Assembly: GCA_036478295.1 (NCBI GenBank)
Contig: JAZGDW010000213.1
Location: 1 to 14,472 of the forward strand
Direction of reading: 5' to 3'
From: Candidatus Krumholzibacteriia bacterium
GTDB lineage: Bacteria; Krumholzibacteriota; Krumholzibacteriia; WVZY01
DNA length: 14,472 bases
Part shown: positions 1 to 7,606 of the stretch, piece by piece
Layout of the letters: every line of letters starts with the position of its first letter
Position numbering within the stretch: the stretch's first letter is position 1
Notes under the pieces: generated by a model
The model's database searches: none
Told to the model about the DNA's origin: nothing
The model's input: the letters and a program-made list of their open reading frames with translations, nothing else
Made by a program: the position numbers and the translations under genes

Positions 1-2
1 GT

Positions 3-1136
3 AAAATAAAGCGGCCGGAGGACTTCGTTTCCGATCTCGACGATTACGACACGCTTGTGCTGGTGTCGGTCGACGAGCAGCTCATCGACGACCGAGTCGC
101 CGCCGCCATCACCCGTTTCGTCCGCGAGCGAGGGAAGGGTTTATTAGTGATGCCGGGCTCGTCATCGCTGTTCGAGAATTCCGCGGCGTGGAACCGCCTG
201 AGCGATCTCCTGCCGGTGAGCAGCCGTCCACCCCACCGGTTCAATCTGCAGTTCACGAGCGTGCATCCCGGGGCGCAGGCCGCTACCAACCCCATCACCT
301 CACAACTGGTGCCGCTCCTCGGCCAGACCGACTGGCAGCAACGCAGCCCCCTGCTGGGATACTACACAGCGCTGGTTCCAAAGAACGGTGTGGAAGTTCT
401 GCTCGAAACGGACCAGGGTCGCTCGCCGGCATTTGTTTACCGCTCGGAGGGCAAGGGGCGGGTCGCTCTGCTCTCGGCCGGGCCGCTGTGGCGCTGGAAG
501 TTTCTGGGCGATGGGAACACGTTGTACGACGAGATGGTCTCGCGCCTGCTCGATGTCCTCTCGCGTGGCGAAGACACCGAGCGCTTTTTGCTGCTCTCCA
601 GGAAAAACGTTTACGATTCTGGTGAAGCGCCGATCATCACGGCGGAGATCTTCAACGAGAAGATGCAGCCTGTCACCGGGGTTCCGGTCAAGGTCGAGGT
701 GACGCGAATCGAGAAGGATGGCTCCGAGGTGCCGCTGAACATCGTTTCCATGCACCGCGACGCCGTGGACGATACACGGTTCAGGGCGGCCCTGGAGCCG
801 CTGGCGCCGGGTACGTACCGTATCAGAGCAGAGGCTGAACTCAAGGGCCGCACGCTCAGGTCGCCGGCCGTGGAGATCGCCGTCTCCGAGGTGTCGGTCG
901 AGTTCCAGAGGGTGACGCAGGACCGCGCCAACCTGGCCGGCATCGCGGGCGAAACCGGTGGGGCGTACTACCCTGCGGAGGATGTTGGCGAGATGGCCGC
1001 TCGCATCCCGCTGGAGCCTCGCGTGGTGGAAATCACTTCCGAAAACTCGTTGCGAACCAGTCAGTTCGTATTTTTACTACTGCTCGTTCTCCTCGGCTTC
1101 GAGTGGGTGGTTCGCAAGCGGGCTGGCATGGTTTAG
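3..1136 (+). CDS. Membrane-anchored hypothetical protein with GATase-like (class I glutamine amidotransferase-like) domain and Ig-like domain; 5'-truncated by window edge
   Basis: The frame is open from base 3 (KIKRPEDFVSDLDDYDTLVLVSVD...), so the true start lies upstream. It has GATase-like segments (YDTLVL, FVRERGKGLLVMPG, GKGRVALL...LWRW) and the E-FQ..QDRANLAGIAGETGG segment. The C-terminal TM helix ends in EWVVRKRAG, typical of this envelope family, which is often vWA-associated. Confidence 0.7.
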   Translation, partial: KIKRPEDFVSDLDDYDTLVLVSVDEQLIDDRVAAAITRFVRERGKGLLVMPGSSSLFENSAAWNRLSDLLPVSSRPPHRFNLQFTSVHPGAQAATNPITSQLVPLLGQTDWQQRSPLLGYYTALVPKNGVEVLLETDQGRSPAFVYRSEGKGRVALLSAGPLWRWKFLGDGNTLYDEMVSRLLDVLSRGEDTERFLLLSRKNVYDSGEAPIITAEIFNEKMQPVTGVPVKVEVTRIEKDGSEVPLNIVSMHRDAVDDTRFRAALEPLAPGTYRIRAEAELKGRTLRSPAVEIAVSEVSVEFQRVTQDRANLAGIAGETGGAYYPAEDVGEMAARIPLEPRVVEITSENSLRTSQFVFLLLLVLLGFEWVVRKRAGMV

Positions 1137-1176
1137 AAAAAAAACTCTTTGCAAAAAGGAGCCGTCGTTGTAGCAT
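1137..1176 (+). promoter_or_regulatory. Putative sigma70 promoter with A-tract UP element for the lamin-tail gene cluster
   Basis: A8 tract at 1137-1144, TTGCAA at 1149-1154, 16-nt spacer, TAGCAT at 1171-1176. SD GGGAGGT at 1186-1192 lies 7 nt before ATG 1200. Confidence 0.45.
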
Positions 1177-1199
1177 CCGCTTCGTGGGAGGTGGTGGTG

Positions 1200-2873
1200 A
1201 TGCGGCGGTTTATCTTTTCCCTCTGGTTTCTTTGTATTCCCTCTCTTGTACATGCGCAGGTCGTCCTCAATGAGGTGTACTACGATCACCCTGGACGCGA
1301 CGACGGCCATGAATTCATCGAGCTCGTCAATGTGACTTCCAGGGCCGTGAGGCTCGCCGGGTACTCCCTGGAATTTCACGACGGGAATTCCGCGCTGTGG
1401 AAAACCCTGTGGCAGGCGTCGGCGTTGGACAGCATCCCTGCGTCGGCGTTGTTTGTTGTGGGCGGGGACAGCGTGTTTCCGCCGGCGGATGTCGCGGTGA
1501 CGCTGGCGCTTCAAAACGGACCCGATGCGGTTCGCCTCGTGAAGGACAGTATCGAGCTCGACCGCCTCGGTTACGGGGAACTGGTCGACCCGGCGTACTT
1601 CGAGGGGCACAGTGCGCCTGACGTTCCCGCGGGATCCAGTCTGGCGCGCTGGCCGGATGGAGTGGACACGGACGACAACGCGGAGGATTTTCGAGTCCTC
1701 GAGCCCTCACCGGCGCGCTTCAACCGGCCGAGGCGCGACATCGCCCTGACGCCGGGTGTGCGGACGTCCCTGCGTGGCGTGCTGCCGCTTGGTGGAGCCG
1801 ACGAGATAACGTTTCGCGTGCGCAACCGAGGCACGGAAGCCGTAGTGGACACCCTGTCGGTCGAGCTCGTTGATTCCACGCAAGCGTCCGTGCGGGTGCT
1901 GGACGTGCGCGAAATACGCGACGGCCTGGCACCCGGTGACAGCGTAGAGGTGAAGTTTACGGTCGCGCTCGTCCCCGGTTATCACACGCTGACCGCGGTT
2001 GCCGCATACGCGGCCGATGATCGCCCAGCGAACAACCGCTTGAACATCGTGCGCCGCGTCGGGTCTCCGATGGTGCTCGTCAGCGAAGTGATGAGTCATC
2101 CCGCGGCCGGTTGCCCCGAATACGTCGAAATCTACAATGCGGGCCCGATGCCGTACGACATCGGTGATCACTGGATAAAAGACCGGGCGAACTCACCTGC
2201 GCTGATAACCTCTTCGCCATCGCCCGTCGCACCAGGCGGCTTCGTGGTGATCACACCAGACAGGGGTGCGCTGCGCGCCTGCTTTCCGTCTCTTACCGCC
2301 GGCGACGTCGTCGAGGTGATGGGCGGCTGGCCGTCGCTGAACCACGCCAGCGGGGGCAACGCGGCGGACTCGGTGACGCTGTTCGATCGGTTTCTGCTCG
2401 CCGTCGACCGGGTGACGTATCCCGCCCAGCCCGGGGAGAGTCGTGGTAGAAGTCTTGAGCGAGTGGACCTCTATCCGGGGCATCGCGTCCACACGTGGAT
2501 GTTGTCAACGAGTGCCGGTGGTGGTTCGCCGGCGCGTCCCAACCCTCTGGGAATTCTCGAAGAACCGCGCGGCAGTCGTCTATCGTTGTCATCGAATCCG
2601 TTCGATCCGACCGCGGGTGGACCGCTGGTCATTACGCTGCCGCCGGGTGTAGGTGGCGCTATCGTTCATCTTTTTGACATGCGGGGTGGGAGGGTGCGCG
2701 ATCTCGGTGCGACCTCCCAGTTGCCTTTTGTTTTCACATGGGACGGCACGGACGACCGCGGGCGCGTCGTCACGCCGGGGCTGTACATTGTCGCCTGCGA
2801 GTATCTAACCGGGACGGGAGGGAGGAGCCGTGTGGAAAAGGTGGTGTTGGGGTGTGCGCGGGGTTTCCACTAG
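1200..2873 (+). CDS. Secreted protein with two lamin-tail domains (LTD), a CARDB-like Ig domain and a C-terminal FlgD-Ig-like domain
   Basis: Start moved from 1149 to ATG 1200 (strong SD; signal peptide MRRFIFSLWFLCIPSLVHA-Q). LTD1: VVLNEVYYD..DGHEFIELVN..LQNGPDAVRL..SSLARWPDGVDTDDNAEDF..PSP. CARDB-like: FRVRNRG..LAPGDSVEVKF..DDRPANN. LTD2: VLVSEVMSHP..EYVEIYN..WPSLN..GRSLER..GGSPARPN. C-terminus: SNPFDP..LFDMRGGRVRDL..WDGTDDRGRVVTPGLYIV. Confidence 0.85.
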   Translation: MRRFIFSLWFLCIPSLVHAQVVLNEVYYDHPGRDDGHEFIELVNVTSRAVRLAGYSLEFHDGNSALWKTLWQASALDSIPASALFVVGGDSVFPPADVAVTLALQNGPDAVRLVKDSIELDRLGYGELVDPAYFEGHSAPDVPAGSSLARWPDGVDTDDNAEDFRVLEPSPARFNRPRRDIALTPGVRTSLRGVLPLGGADEITFRVRNRGTEAVVDTLSVELVDSTQASVRVLDVREIRDGLAPGDSVEVKFTVALVPGYHTLTAVAAYAADDRPANNRLNIVRRVGSPMVLVSEVMSHPAAGCPEYVEIYNAGPMPYDIGDHWIKDRANSPALITSSPSPVAPGGFVVITPDRGALRACFPSLTAGDVVEVMGGWPSLNHASGGNAADSVTLFDRFLLAVDRVTYPAQPGESRGRSLERVDLYPGHRVHTWMLSTSAGGGSPARPNPLGILEEPRGSRLSLSSNPFDPTAGGPLVITLPPGVGGAIVHLFDMRGGRVRDLGATSQLPFVFTWDGTDDRGRVVTPGLYIVACEYLTGTGGRSRVEKVVLGCARGFH

Positions 2874-3663
2874 GTTGCCCGCGTGGACGGGTCTGTTGTT
2901 GATGCTGGTCGTTTCTCGAACGGCCGCGATTGGTGATGTGGACTACCGCAATCCCAGCGAGCGCGTGCTCGGTCTGAGTCCGGTGGCGTCGGCGTTCGTC
3001 TTTGGGACATCACGCGACGCGCATGAGCGCTCCGTGTGGATGGTTGAATCCGGTGAACGATACCTGTTCGGCATCGCCGGCCTGAAGACGACCTACCTGC
3101 GCGTGGCGTGGGATCGGCGGTCGTCGGGGTTGACATTTTCATCGGCGTTCCTTTCCTCGCCGGTCGGTGGGGAAAAATATTTCGCCGTGCAGCCGTTTTA
3201 TCGGCGTAGTGGCCGCTTCGTACTCAGCGGGACGGCCAGTGTTTCGATCGCATCCTTCGATGGATCCCAAAGCGCCCGCCTCTTCACCGCCGGGGTGGGT
3301 TTGGTGGCGGCGCCGTCGAGCGCCGTCGCAGTGGGGTACCGGGTGGAAGGCATCCGCGCGGCCGGCGAGGAGCGGCCGGGGGTCGACATGTCCCTCTATG
3401 TCGCCGGTTGGCGCGACCTGCCGGCCAGCGCCGTCGTCGGTCTAAGAATGGACCGCGGTGGAGAACCGGGCCTGGTCGTGGCGTCGCGTCTGCGGCTCGG
3501 CCGGTCGCTGGAAGTCGCTCTCGGATTCGATGAGCGGACGGGTACACTCGGATCTTCACTGAGCGTTGGCAGCCGTTCTTTTACCGTCCTCGCCGGGGCT
3601 GCTCATCACCCCGTTCTTGGTGTTTCAAAAGCGCTCTTCCTCCGCTGGGGGCGGGGATGGTGA
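2854..3663 (+). CDS. Hypothetical exported protein, putative small outer-membrane beta-barrel
   Basis: Signal-peptide-like N-terminus from GTG 2854 (alternative GTG 2830). It has an early NPS motif, ERYLFGIAGLK, alternating amphipathic strands and a C-terminal HPVLGVSKALFLRW. These resemble, from recollection, the unnamed FCB-group barrel encoded beside ComEA/HhH-barrel genes. The gene overlaps both neighbours. Confidence 0.65.
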   Translation: MRGVSTRLPAWTGLLLMLVVSRTAAIGDVDYRNPSERVLGLSPVASAFVFGTSRDAHERSVWMVESGERYLFGIAGLKTTYLRVAWDRRSSGLTFSSAFLSSPVGGEKYFAVQPFYRRSGRFVLSGTASVSIASFDGSQSARLFTAGVGLVAAPSSAVAVGYRVEGIRAAGEERPGVDMSLYVAGWRDLPASAVVGLRMDRGGEPGLVVASRLRLGRSLEVALGFDERTGTLGSSLSVGSRSFTVLAGAAHHPVLGVSKALFLRWGRGW

Positions 3664-5237
3664 CCGCGCGCCGCGGTGTGTGTTTATGCGTGGCCGCCGC
3701 GCTCATTCTTCTGGCCTCCTGTGCGTCCCGAGACGGCCGGATCGCCGCAGGAGGGGCGGAACCGAGGGCCACCCCGCCCGGTTCCGAGAATGAAGACTCC
3801 CTGGACGCTGCGGACCAGGCATGGTCGGAACTCGATGCCGCCGGCGATCTCGACACGGTGGTGCCGCTTGGCACGGAAAGCACTGCGCGACCCGTCAAAA
3901 CATTCAGGAGGCGGCTGGTGCGACCCCGCCGGAAGTCCGCGCGGCCGCGGGTCGAGTGGCAGGCCATCGGGGGGCACCGTTCGCAATACGAGACACGTGC
4001 CGATCTGCCGGGCGGCTTTTCGTTCGGAATGAAATCGCAGGAGGACACCCGCCTGGGCTTCTTGAATTTCCGCGGTCCCGGCACGATCGAGTCGGTTCAT
4101 GTGGGCACCGTGGCGATGCACATGGGCGGGCGGCTCGTGCTCGGGCGGCGCGGCCGCTTTCCCCCGACAGCATGGTCACCGGTGAGCGGTGGGGTTCGCG
4201 TCGCCCCTTCGCTCTCACGCTGGTTCGGACAGAACGGCGTCGCGGTGGCCGTACGGTCAGGTCGGTGGCGGAGCCAGGGTGTCGCGCTGGCGCGGGAGGA
4301 GGGGTCGCTTTCTCCGGGGGCGCTGTGGCTCGCGCTGGACCATTCCGACACAGACCACAGCGTTGGTGTCGCCTACGGTCGGCGTCTCGACCCTGACGGG
4401 GAAGCCGCGTTCCGACCGGCCGTCGTTTCTCTGCACGGCTCGTTTCGGCGGCGGCCGCTGGCCGCTTCGGGCGAAGTGGCCCATTTCCCGAACGGCGGGT
4501 CATTCGCCGCCGTACGGGTCACACATCCCCGGGCGGCAAAATGGTCACTGCTCGTCTACCGGGCCCCCACCTTCTCCTCGACCGTCAAGCCCGCGCTCGA
4601 GCTCCTGCCCGGCGAATCCGTTCGCCGCGGTGCCCAACTCGACGTGCGCGATCGTCACCCCGGTGGAACGGTAACGTTGTCACTCCGGACGGGAAGTGTC
4701 GGTTCGGCGAGGAAGCGACGCCGTTTTCGCCGTGCGATCCTCGAGTTCTCGGGTGCACACCGCGGCGGGGTGCTCTCCTGGAGGAGTGCCATCGACTGGG
4801 TGCACGAGCACAGCCGGGGCCTCAGCGCTGGTCCGTTTCCCGATCCCTACGAGCGGCGGGGGCAGCGGGGACGTCTGTACGCGGCTTTGCATTTGGACTA
4901 CGGACAGACCGCTCATGACCTGCGCGCCTACTATCTGCCGCCGACCGATGGCGGCGGCGCCGGGTGGGTGATGATCACTGCAGGAGACGCCGAAGTCGGC
5001 AGGCTGCAGACCACGTGGCGCGTCACTGCCTACTCGCTCGCCCCGGGGCAGCGGAGTTTTATCGCGCGACCGGGTGTTGGTCCTTTCGAGTTCTTTTCGA
5101 CGGTGGCCGGCACCGGTTCCGACGTATCCACCCGCCTGCGCTTGCGGCTCGGGCCGAAAATGCTTTTATTCCTCTATTATGGAGTCCCGTACCTCAAGTC
5201 GGCGAGGGTTTACTTCGGTGTGCGCCTGCGGTTGTGA
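3657..5237 (+). CDS. Hypothetical lipoprotein / putative outer-membrane beta-barrel resembling the barrel part of FCB 'helix-hairpin-helix domain-containing' proteins
   Basis: Lipobox LASC (Cys22). VHVGTVAMHMGGRLVLG..APSLSRWFGQNGVAV and RSFIARPGVGPFEFFSTVAGTG resemble motifs I recall from that family (GDYxLxFGQGLxLW..PYxS..FRGxA; RIYxYE..F..YGxG). The C-terminal amphipathic strand is VYFGVRLRL. 7-nt overlap with the upstream gene. Confidence 0.6.
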   Translation: MVTARRGVCLCVAAALILLASCASRDGRIAAGGAEPRATPPGSENEDSLDAADQAWSELDAAGDLDTVVPLGTESTARPVKTFRRRLVRPRRKSARPRVEWQAIGGHRSQYETRADLPGGFSFGMKSQEDTRLGFLNFRGPGTIESVHVGTVAMHMGGRLVLGRRGRFPPTAWSPVSGGVRVAPSLSRWFGQNGVAVAVRSGRWRSQGVALAREEGSLSPGALWLALDHSDTDHSVGVAYGRRLDPDGEAAFRPAVVSLHGSFRRRPLAASGEVAHFPNGGSFAAVRVTHPRAAKWSLLVYRAPTFSSTVKPALELLPGESVRRGAQLDVRDRHPGGTVTLSLRTGSVGSARKRRRFRRAILEFSGAHRGGVLSWRSAIDWVHEHSRGLSAGPFPDPYERRGQRGRLYAALHLDYGQTAHDLRAYYLPPTDGGGAGWVMITAGDAEVGRLQTTWRVTAYSLAPGQRSFIARPGVGPFEFFSTVAGTGSDVSTRLRLRLGPKMLLFLYYGVPYLKSARVYFGVRLRL

Positions 5238-5265
5238 AATGGCGTGAGGCCGGAAGAGCGATTGT

Positions 5266-5294
5266 TTGACAGAGACCCCCGCTGTTGATAGCCT
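5266..5294 (+). promoter_or_regulatory. Sigma70 promoter of the aminotransferase-arcC-larA-purD-purE-tsaC operon
   Basis: Perfect TTGACA at 5266-5271, 17-nt spacer, extended -10 TG-a-TAGCCT (TG 5286-5287, TAGCCT 5289-5294). It lies in the intergenic region and implies a leader of about 125 nt. Confidence 0.75.
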
Positions 5295-5316
5295 GAATAT
5301 AGCCTTCGCGCACCAC

Positions 5317-5397
5317 CTCCTGGAAAGGCGGACACCAGGGGAAGGACCGGCGGAGCCAGTGGGAAGTCGAATTTCCACTCGTTGCAGCCGTCAGGTA
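5317..5397 (+). promoter_or_regulatory. Candidate structured 5' leader RNA (motif copy 1)
   Basis: Hairpin 5317-5341 (7 bp), GACCGGCGG at 5345-5353, 8-bp hairpin 5358-5379, and a 3-bp stem with 9-nt loop AGCCGUCAG (5383-5397) whose CCGUC can pair with GGCGG. The same architecture recurs at 10175-10227. Confidence 0.35.
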
Positions 5398-5424
5398 TGA
5401 CATTATTCGTCGAGGAGAACGTGT

Positions 5425-6591
5425 TTGTCGGGACGCGCCTTTGCAAAGCGCCTGCGAGCGCTCGATAAAGAAACGAGTTTTGAGATCCTCGCCCGCGCGC
5501 GAGCGTTGGAAGCGCAGGGCCACGAGATTATACACCTCGAAATCGGCGAGCCTGACTTCGACACACCACGCCACATCCGGGCCGCTGCGATAAAAGCGAT
5601 CGATGACGGGTTCACCCACTACGGACCCTCGCCCGGACTTCCCGAGGCACGGGAGGCGATCGCGGAGCATATTCGCCTCGACCGCGGTGTGAACGTGAGC
5701 GGTGAGCAGGTGGTGGTTACGCCCGGTGGCAAGTCGCTGATTTTTTTCTCGCTGATGGCACTCATCGAACCCGGTGACGAGGTGATCTACCCGAATCCTG
5801 GATTCCCGAACTACGAGATGACCATCGAGCTCCTCGGCGGGAAACCGGTACCGGTCCCCCTGCAGGAGGAAAAGGGATTCTCGTTCGACCTCGATCGTTT
5901 CGAGGAACTCGTGACGGATCGAACCCGGCTGTGCATCGTCAATTCGCCGCACAACCCGACGGGCGGCGTGCTGCCTAGAGAGCTGCTCGAAGGCATCGCC
6001 GGATTAGCCGAGAAGCACGATTTCTACGTACTGTCCGACGAGATCTATTCGAAGATTGTGTACGAGGCGAGCCACGCCAGTTTCTACTCGATCCCCGGCG
6101 CTTCGGATCGGACGATTCTTCTCGACGGGCACTCGAAGACGTATGCTATGACGGGATGGCGGTTGGGTTACGGGATAATGCCCAAAGACCTTGCCGTGCA
6201 GGTGGCGCGCCTTGCCGGAAATTCGACCAGCTGTACGTGCACCTTTACTCAACTGGCGGGGATCGAGGCGCTGCGGGGTCCGCAGGATGCCGTGAAGGAA
6301 ATGGTCGCGGAATTCCGGGCCCGAAGGGATCTCGTTGTGGACGGGTTGAACCAGATCCCGGGTTTCCGGTGCCACAAACCGGCGGGCGCCTTTTACGTTT
6401 TTCCCAATATCGAGGGAACCCGCATGACCTCGAAGGAACTGGCCCGTGTGCTCATGGAAAAGGCCGGGGTCGCCGTCCTGGCCGGCAACACCTTTGGCAG
6501 TTTCGGAGAAGGATTTATTCGCATTTCCTACGCGAATTCCCGCGATAACCTCCGCAAAGCGGTGGAGCAAATGGGGGCCGCGCTGGCGTAG
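5425..6591 (+). CDS. Pyridoxal-phosphate-dependent aminotransferase, class I/II (aspartate aminotransferase family)
   Basis: HLEIGEPDF, YGPSPGLPEAREAIA, NSPHNPTG, SDEIY, PLP-lysine motif GHSKTYAMTGWRLG, GAFYVF, RISYA. TTG start with SD GAGGAG at 5412-5417. Confidence 0.95.
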   Translation: MSGRAFAKRLRALDKETSFEILARARALEAQGHEIIHLEIGEPDFDTPRHIRAAAIKAIDDGFTHYGPSPGLPEAREAIAEHIRLDRGVNVSGEQVVVTPGGKSLIFFSLMALIEPGDEVIYPNPGFPNYEMTIELLGGKPVPVPLQEEKGFSFDLDRFEELVTDRTRLCIVNSPHNPTGGVLPRELLEGIAGLAEKHDFYVLSDEIYSKIVYEASHASFYSIPGASDRTILLDGHSKTYAMTGWRLGYGIMPKDLAVQVARLAGNSTSCTCTFTQLAGIEALRGPQDAVKEMVAEFRARRDLVVDGLNQIPGFRCHKPAGAFYVFPNIEGTRMTSKELARVLMEKAGVAVLAGNTFGSFGEGFIRISYANSRDNLRKAVEQMGAALA

Positions 6592-6634
6592 GGCGCAAGG
6601 GCGCACAGGCTCTGTGTCAGAGGAGTGTCGTTTC

Positions 6635-7606
6635 ATGAAAGACCTGGATGTCGTGGCGTTGGGTGGCAACGCCATCCTGCCCATGAGCAATACAGGAACG
6701 ATCGGCGAGCAGCAGGCCGTTACGCGATGCGCCATGGAACAGGTATGCTGTTTGCTGGCCGAAGGCCGCCGGGTCATACTGACCCACGGAAACGGTCCGA
6801 CGGTCGGCAATATCGTCATCCGCAACGAAGCGGTTAAAGACGACATCCCCCCGATGCCGTTGGACGTCTGCGGCGCCGATTCCCAGGGCGGTCTCGGTTA
6901 CATGATTCAGCAGACTCTCCGCAACGTGTTTCTGAAGGAAGGCGTTGAGAGAGAAGTGGTAGCTATCGTGACACAGGTTCGGGTGGACGAATCCGATCCG
7001 GCCTTCGAGAACCCCCACAAGCCGATCGGGCCCTACTACACGAAAGAAGAGGCCGGGAAACTGGCAAAGGAGAGAGGTTGGAGGGTCATAGAAGACAGCG
7101 GCCGCGGATTTCGCAGAGCCGTCCCCAGCCCGTATCCGATAGAGATCATCGAGCGGAAGGTGATAAGGACCGTCGTCGAATCCGGCGCGGTGGTGATCAC
7201 TGCCGGGGGTGGTGGAATCCCCGTAGTCCTTGTAAACGGGCAATATGAGGGAAGAGAAGCTGTGATCGACAAGGACCTCGCCTCGGCCCTGCTGGCACGT
7301 GATCTCGGTGCCGAGCGCATGCTGATCTTGACGGATATCGATGCGGTCTACAAGGATTACGGCACCGATAGCGCCGAGCCGTTGCGCGACGTGTCGTTAC
7401 GCAGGATGACAGTCTTGATGAAAGAGGGGCATTTTCCTTCGGGGAGCATGGGTGCGAAGATCCAGGCGGCGATCGAGTTTCTGGAGTCCGGTGGCGAATC
7501 GGTGATCATCTGCCGCCCCGAAGACACAATCGCCGCGACGCAGGGTCGGAGAGGAACCACGATTCACCGCGAGTTTGCTGATGGAAATCAGAGTCCCATA
7601 CGGTAA
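6635..7606 (+). CDS. arcC: Carbamate kinase
   Basis: VVALGGNA, THGNGPTVG, GADSQGGLGYMIQQ, DPAFENPHKPIGPYY, RRAVPSP, GGGGIPV, EAVIDKD, FPSGSMGAKI. Start moved to ATG 6635 (SD AGAGGAG at 6619-6625). Confidence 0.95.
   Translation: MKDLDVVALGGNAILPMSNTGTIGEQQAVTRCAMEQVCCLLAEGRRVILTHGNGPTVGNIVIRNEAVKDDIPPMPLDVCGADSQGGLGYMIQQTLRNVFLKEGVEREVVAIVTQVRVDESDPAFENPHKPIGPYYTKEEAGKLAKERGWRVIEDSGRGFRRAVPSPYPIEIIERKVIRTVVESGAVVITAGGGGIPVVLVNGQYEGREAVIDKDLASALLARDLGAERMLILTDIDAVYKDYGTDSAEPLRDVSLRRMTVLMKEGHFPSGSMGAKIQAAIEFLESGGESVIICRPEDTIAATQGRRGTTIHREFADGNQSPIR

Noticed and set aside
1137..1161. Possible minus-strand intrinsic terminator (weak hairpin followed by T8) or phase-variable homopolymer
   Set aside because: The stem is short, AT-rich and bulged, and no minus-strand gene ends here. 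The A8 tract lies outside the -35/-10 spacer and coding sequence, so it is better explained as a promoter UP element.
1149..1199. N-terminal extension of the LTD protein in the ORF track (TTG 1149)
   Set aside because: It overlaps the promoter elements; the SD and signal peptide point to ATG 1200.
5345..5397. Canonical ZMP/ZTP, ykkC (guanidine/PRPP/ppGpp), SAM or glycine riboswitch
   Set aside because: Required conserved elements are missing (ZTP P1 and GGAG/GAAG and loop UG; ykkC AAAAG tail). It is reported only as a candidate novel or variant motif.
5397..5468. 23-codon upstream ORF overlapping the aminotransferase start
   Set aside because: It has no properly spaced SD and no leader-peptide-like amino-acid bias.
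6603..6617. Small hairpin between the aminotransferase and arcC as a terminator
   Set aside because: It has only 6 bp with a 3-nt loop and no U tract.
6446..6634. 63-aa N-terminal extension of carbamate kinase in the ORF track
   Set aside because: It overlaps the aminotransferase out of frame; family homology and the SD begin at ATG 6635.
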